Shown here in pieces: positions 63,613 to 64,000 of a stretch of DNA of 64,000 nt. The notes beneath the pieces were generated by a model that worked only from the letters and a program-made list of their open reading frames with translations, searched no databases and was not told where the DNA came from. The DNA lies in IMG/VR virus record IMGVR_UViG_3300033148_004307, one strand, 5' to 3'. How positions within the stretch are numbered: the stretch's first letter is position 1; the number at the start of each line of letters is the position of its first letter. A program made the translations under genes and the position numbers. The DNA is from an uncultured virus (IMG/VR IMGVR_UViG_3300033148_004307). Its lineage: Duplodnaviria > Heunggongvirae > Uroviricota > Caudoviricetes.

Positions 63613-64000
63613 AGAAGGAAGATTTTTCAATCCAAAATTCCGACAGGATATAGTAGATGAACAAAGGAAAAGATGTATTGATAATTTCCATCAAGATTAT
63701 GCCCCACATTTATTGTCTTATTACTGTTCAAAGATGCTCGATATTGAAATTTATTCACATGAGGAATATAAACAGATTGAGGAATTATTGAATAGTCCTG
63801 AAACTACATTATATGGTAAAGGAGTAATTGAAGATTCACTTTATAGAAAATATTGGAAATTGATTGAATTATCTGGTCATAAATTAGATGAATTTGGAAT
63901 GATAAAAGAAAAGGTAAATTACGAGCAAAGATTGGCAGAAATAGAGGAAAAATACGCTTACTATCAATGGAACGTATTATTCAAGCTCACAGATTTCATA
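63581..64000 (+). CDS. Hypothetical protein, truncated by window end
   Basis: ATG 63581 after GAGG; 140 codons open to the edge (MQEEATEPKNKEGRFFNPKFR...). Confidence 0.65.
   Translation, partial: MQEEATEPKNKEGRFFNPKFRQDIVDEQRKRCIDNFHQDYAPHLLSYYCSKMLDIEIYSHEEYKQIEELLNSPETTLYGKGVIEDSLYRKYWKLIELSGHKLDEFGMIKEKVNYEQRLAEIEEKYAYYQWNVLFKLTDFI

Larger units (their letters stand above)
1..64000 (+). mobile_element. Segment of a large archaeal virus/plasmid-like element
   Basis: No housekeeping genes; dense unidirectional small ORFs; Rep-like gene with iterons; HNH, recombinase-like, MazG, ASCH genes; archaeal RBS (GGTGG/GGAG) and BRE-TATA boxes. Confidence 0.85.

Noticed and set aside
1..64000. Diversity-generating retroelement explaining paralog variation
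   Set aside because: No reverse transcriptase and no adenine-specific TR/VR pair seen

Overview
AT-rich 64-kb segment of a large archaeal mobile element (virus or plasmid; probable Thermoplasmatota host, inferred from a DUF3860-like gene, TFB-like genes, GGTGG/GGAG ribosome sites and BRE/TATA boxes). All credible genes lie on the + strand. Layout: (i) four genes sharing a basic N-terminal leader (0-3.6 kb); (ii) two long arrays of small accessory genes (4-28 kb, 35.5-57.5 kb) with HNH nucleases, a degenerate tyrosine recombinase, a P-loop ATPase, a GHKL ATPase, MazG, ASCH, a radical SAM and many Zn-finger/RHH/AbrB/wHTH proteins; (iii) a 1.9-kb origin-like region (hairpins, 36-bp repeats, 20-copy iteron array) followed by a Rep-like gene; (iv) a membrane-protein module (58-64 kb). 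Most striking: the asymmetric 11-mer TAGGCACTACA occurs about 46 times exactly plus about 12 one-mismatch copies (manual count), almost all co-oriented and at gene or protein-domain junctions, together with a second junction motif ATGGATAACA(-N12-WGTAACA). Duplicated loci show genes exchanged at these linkers, suggesting an undescribed linker-based cassette-shuffling or stoperator-like system. The iteron array also reappears, inverted, inside an HTH gene 19 kb away. All family calls are by-eye motif recognition, not database results; counts and coordinates are manual.
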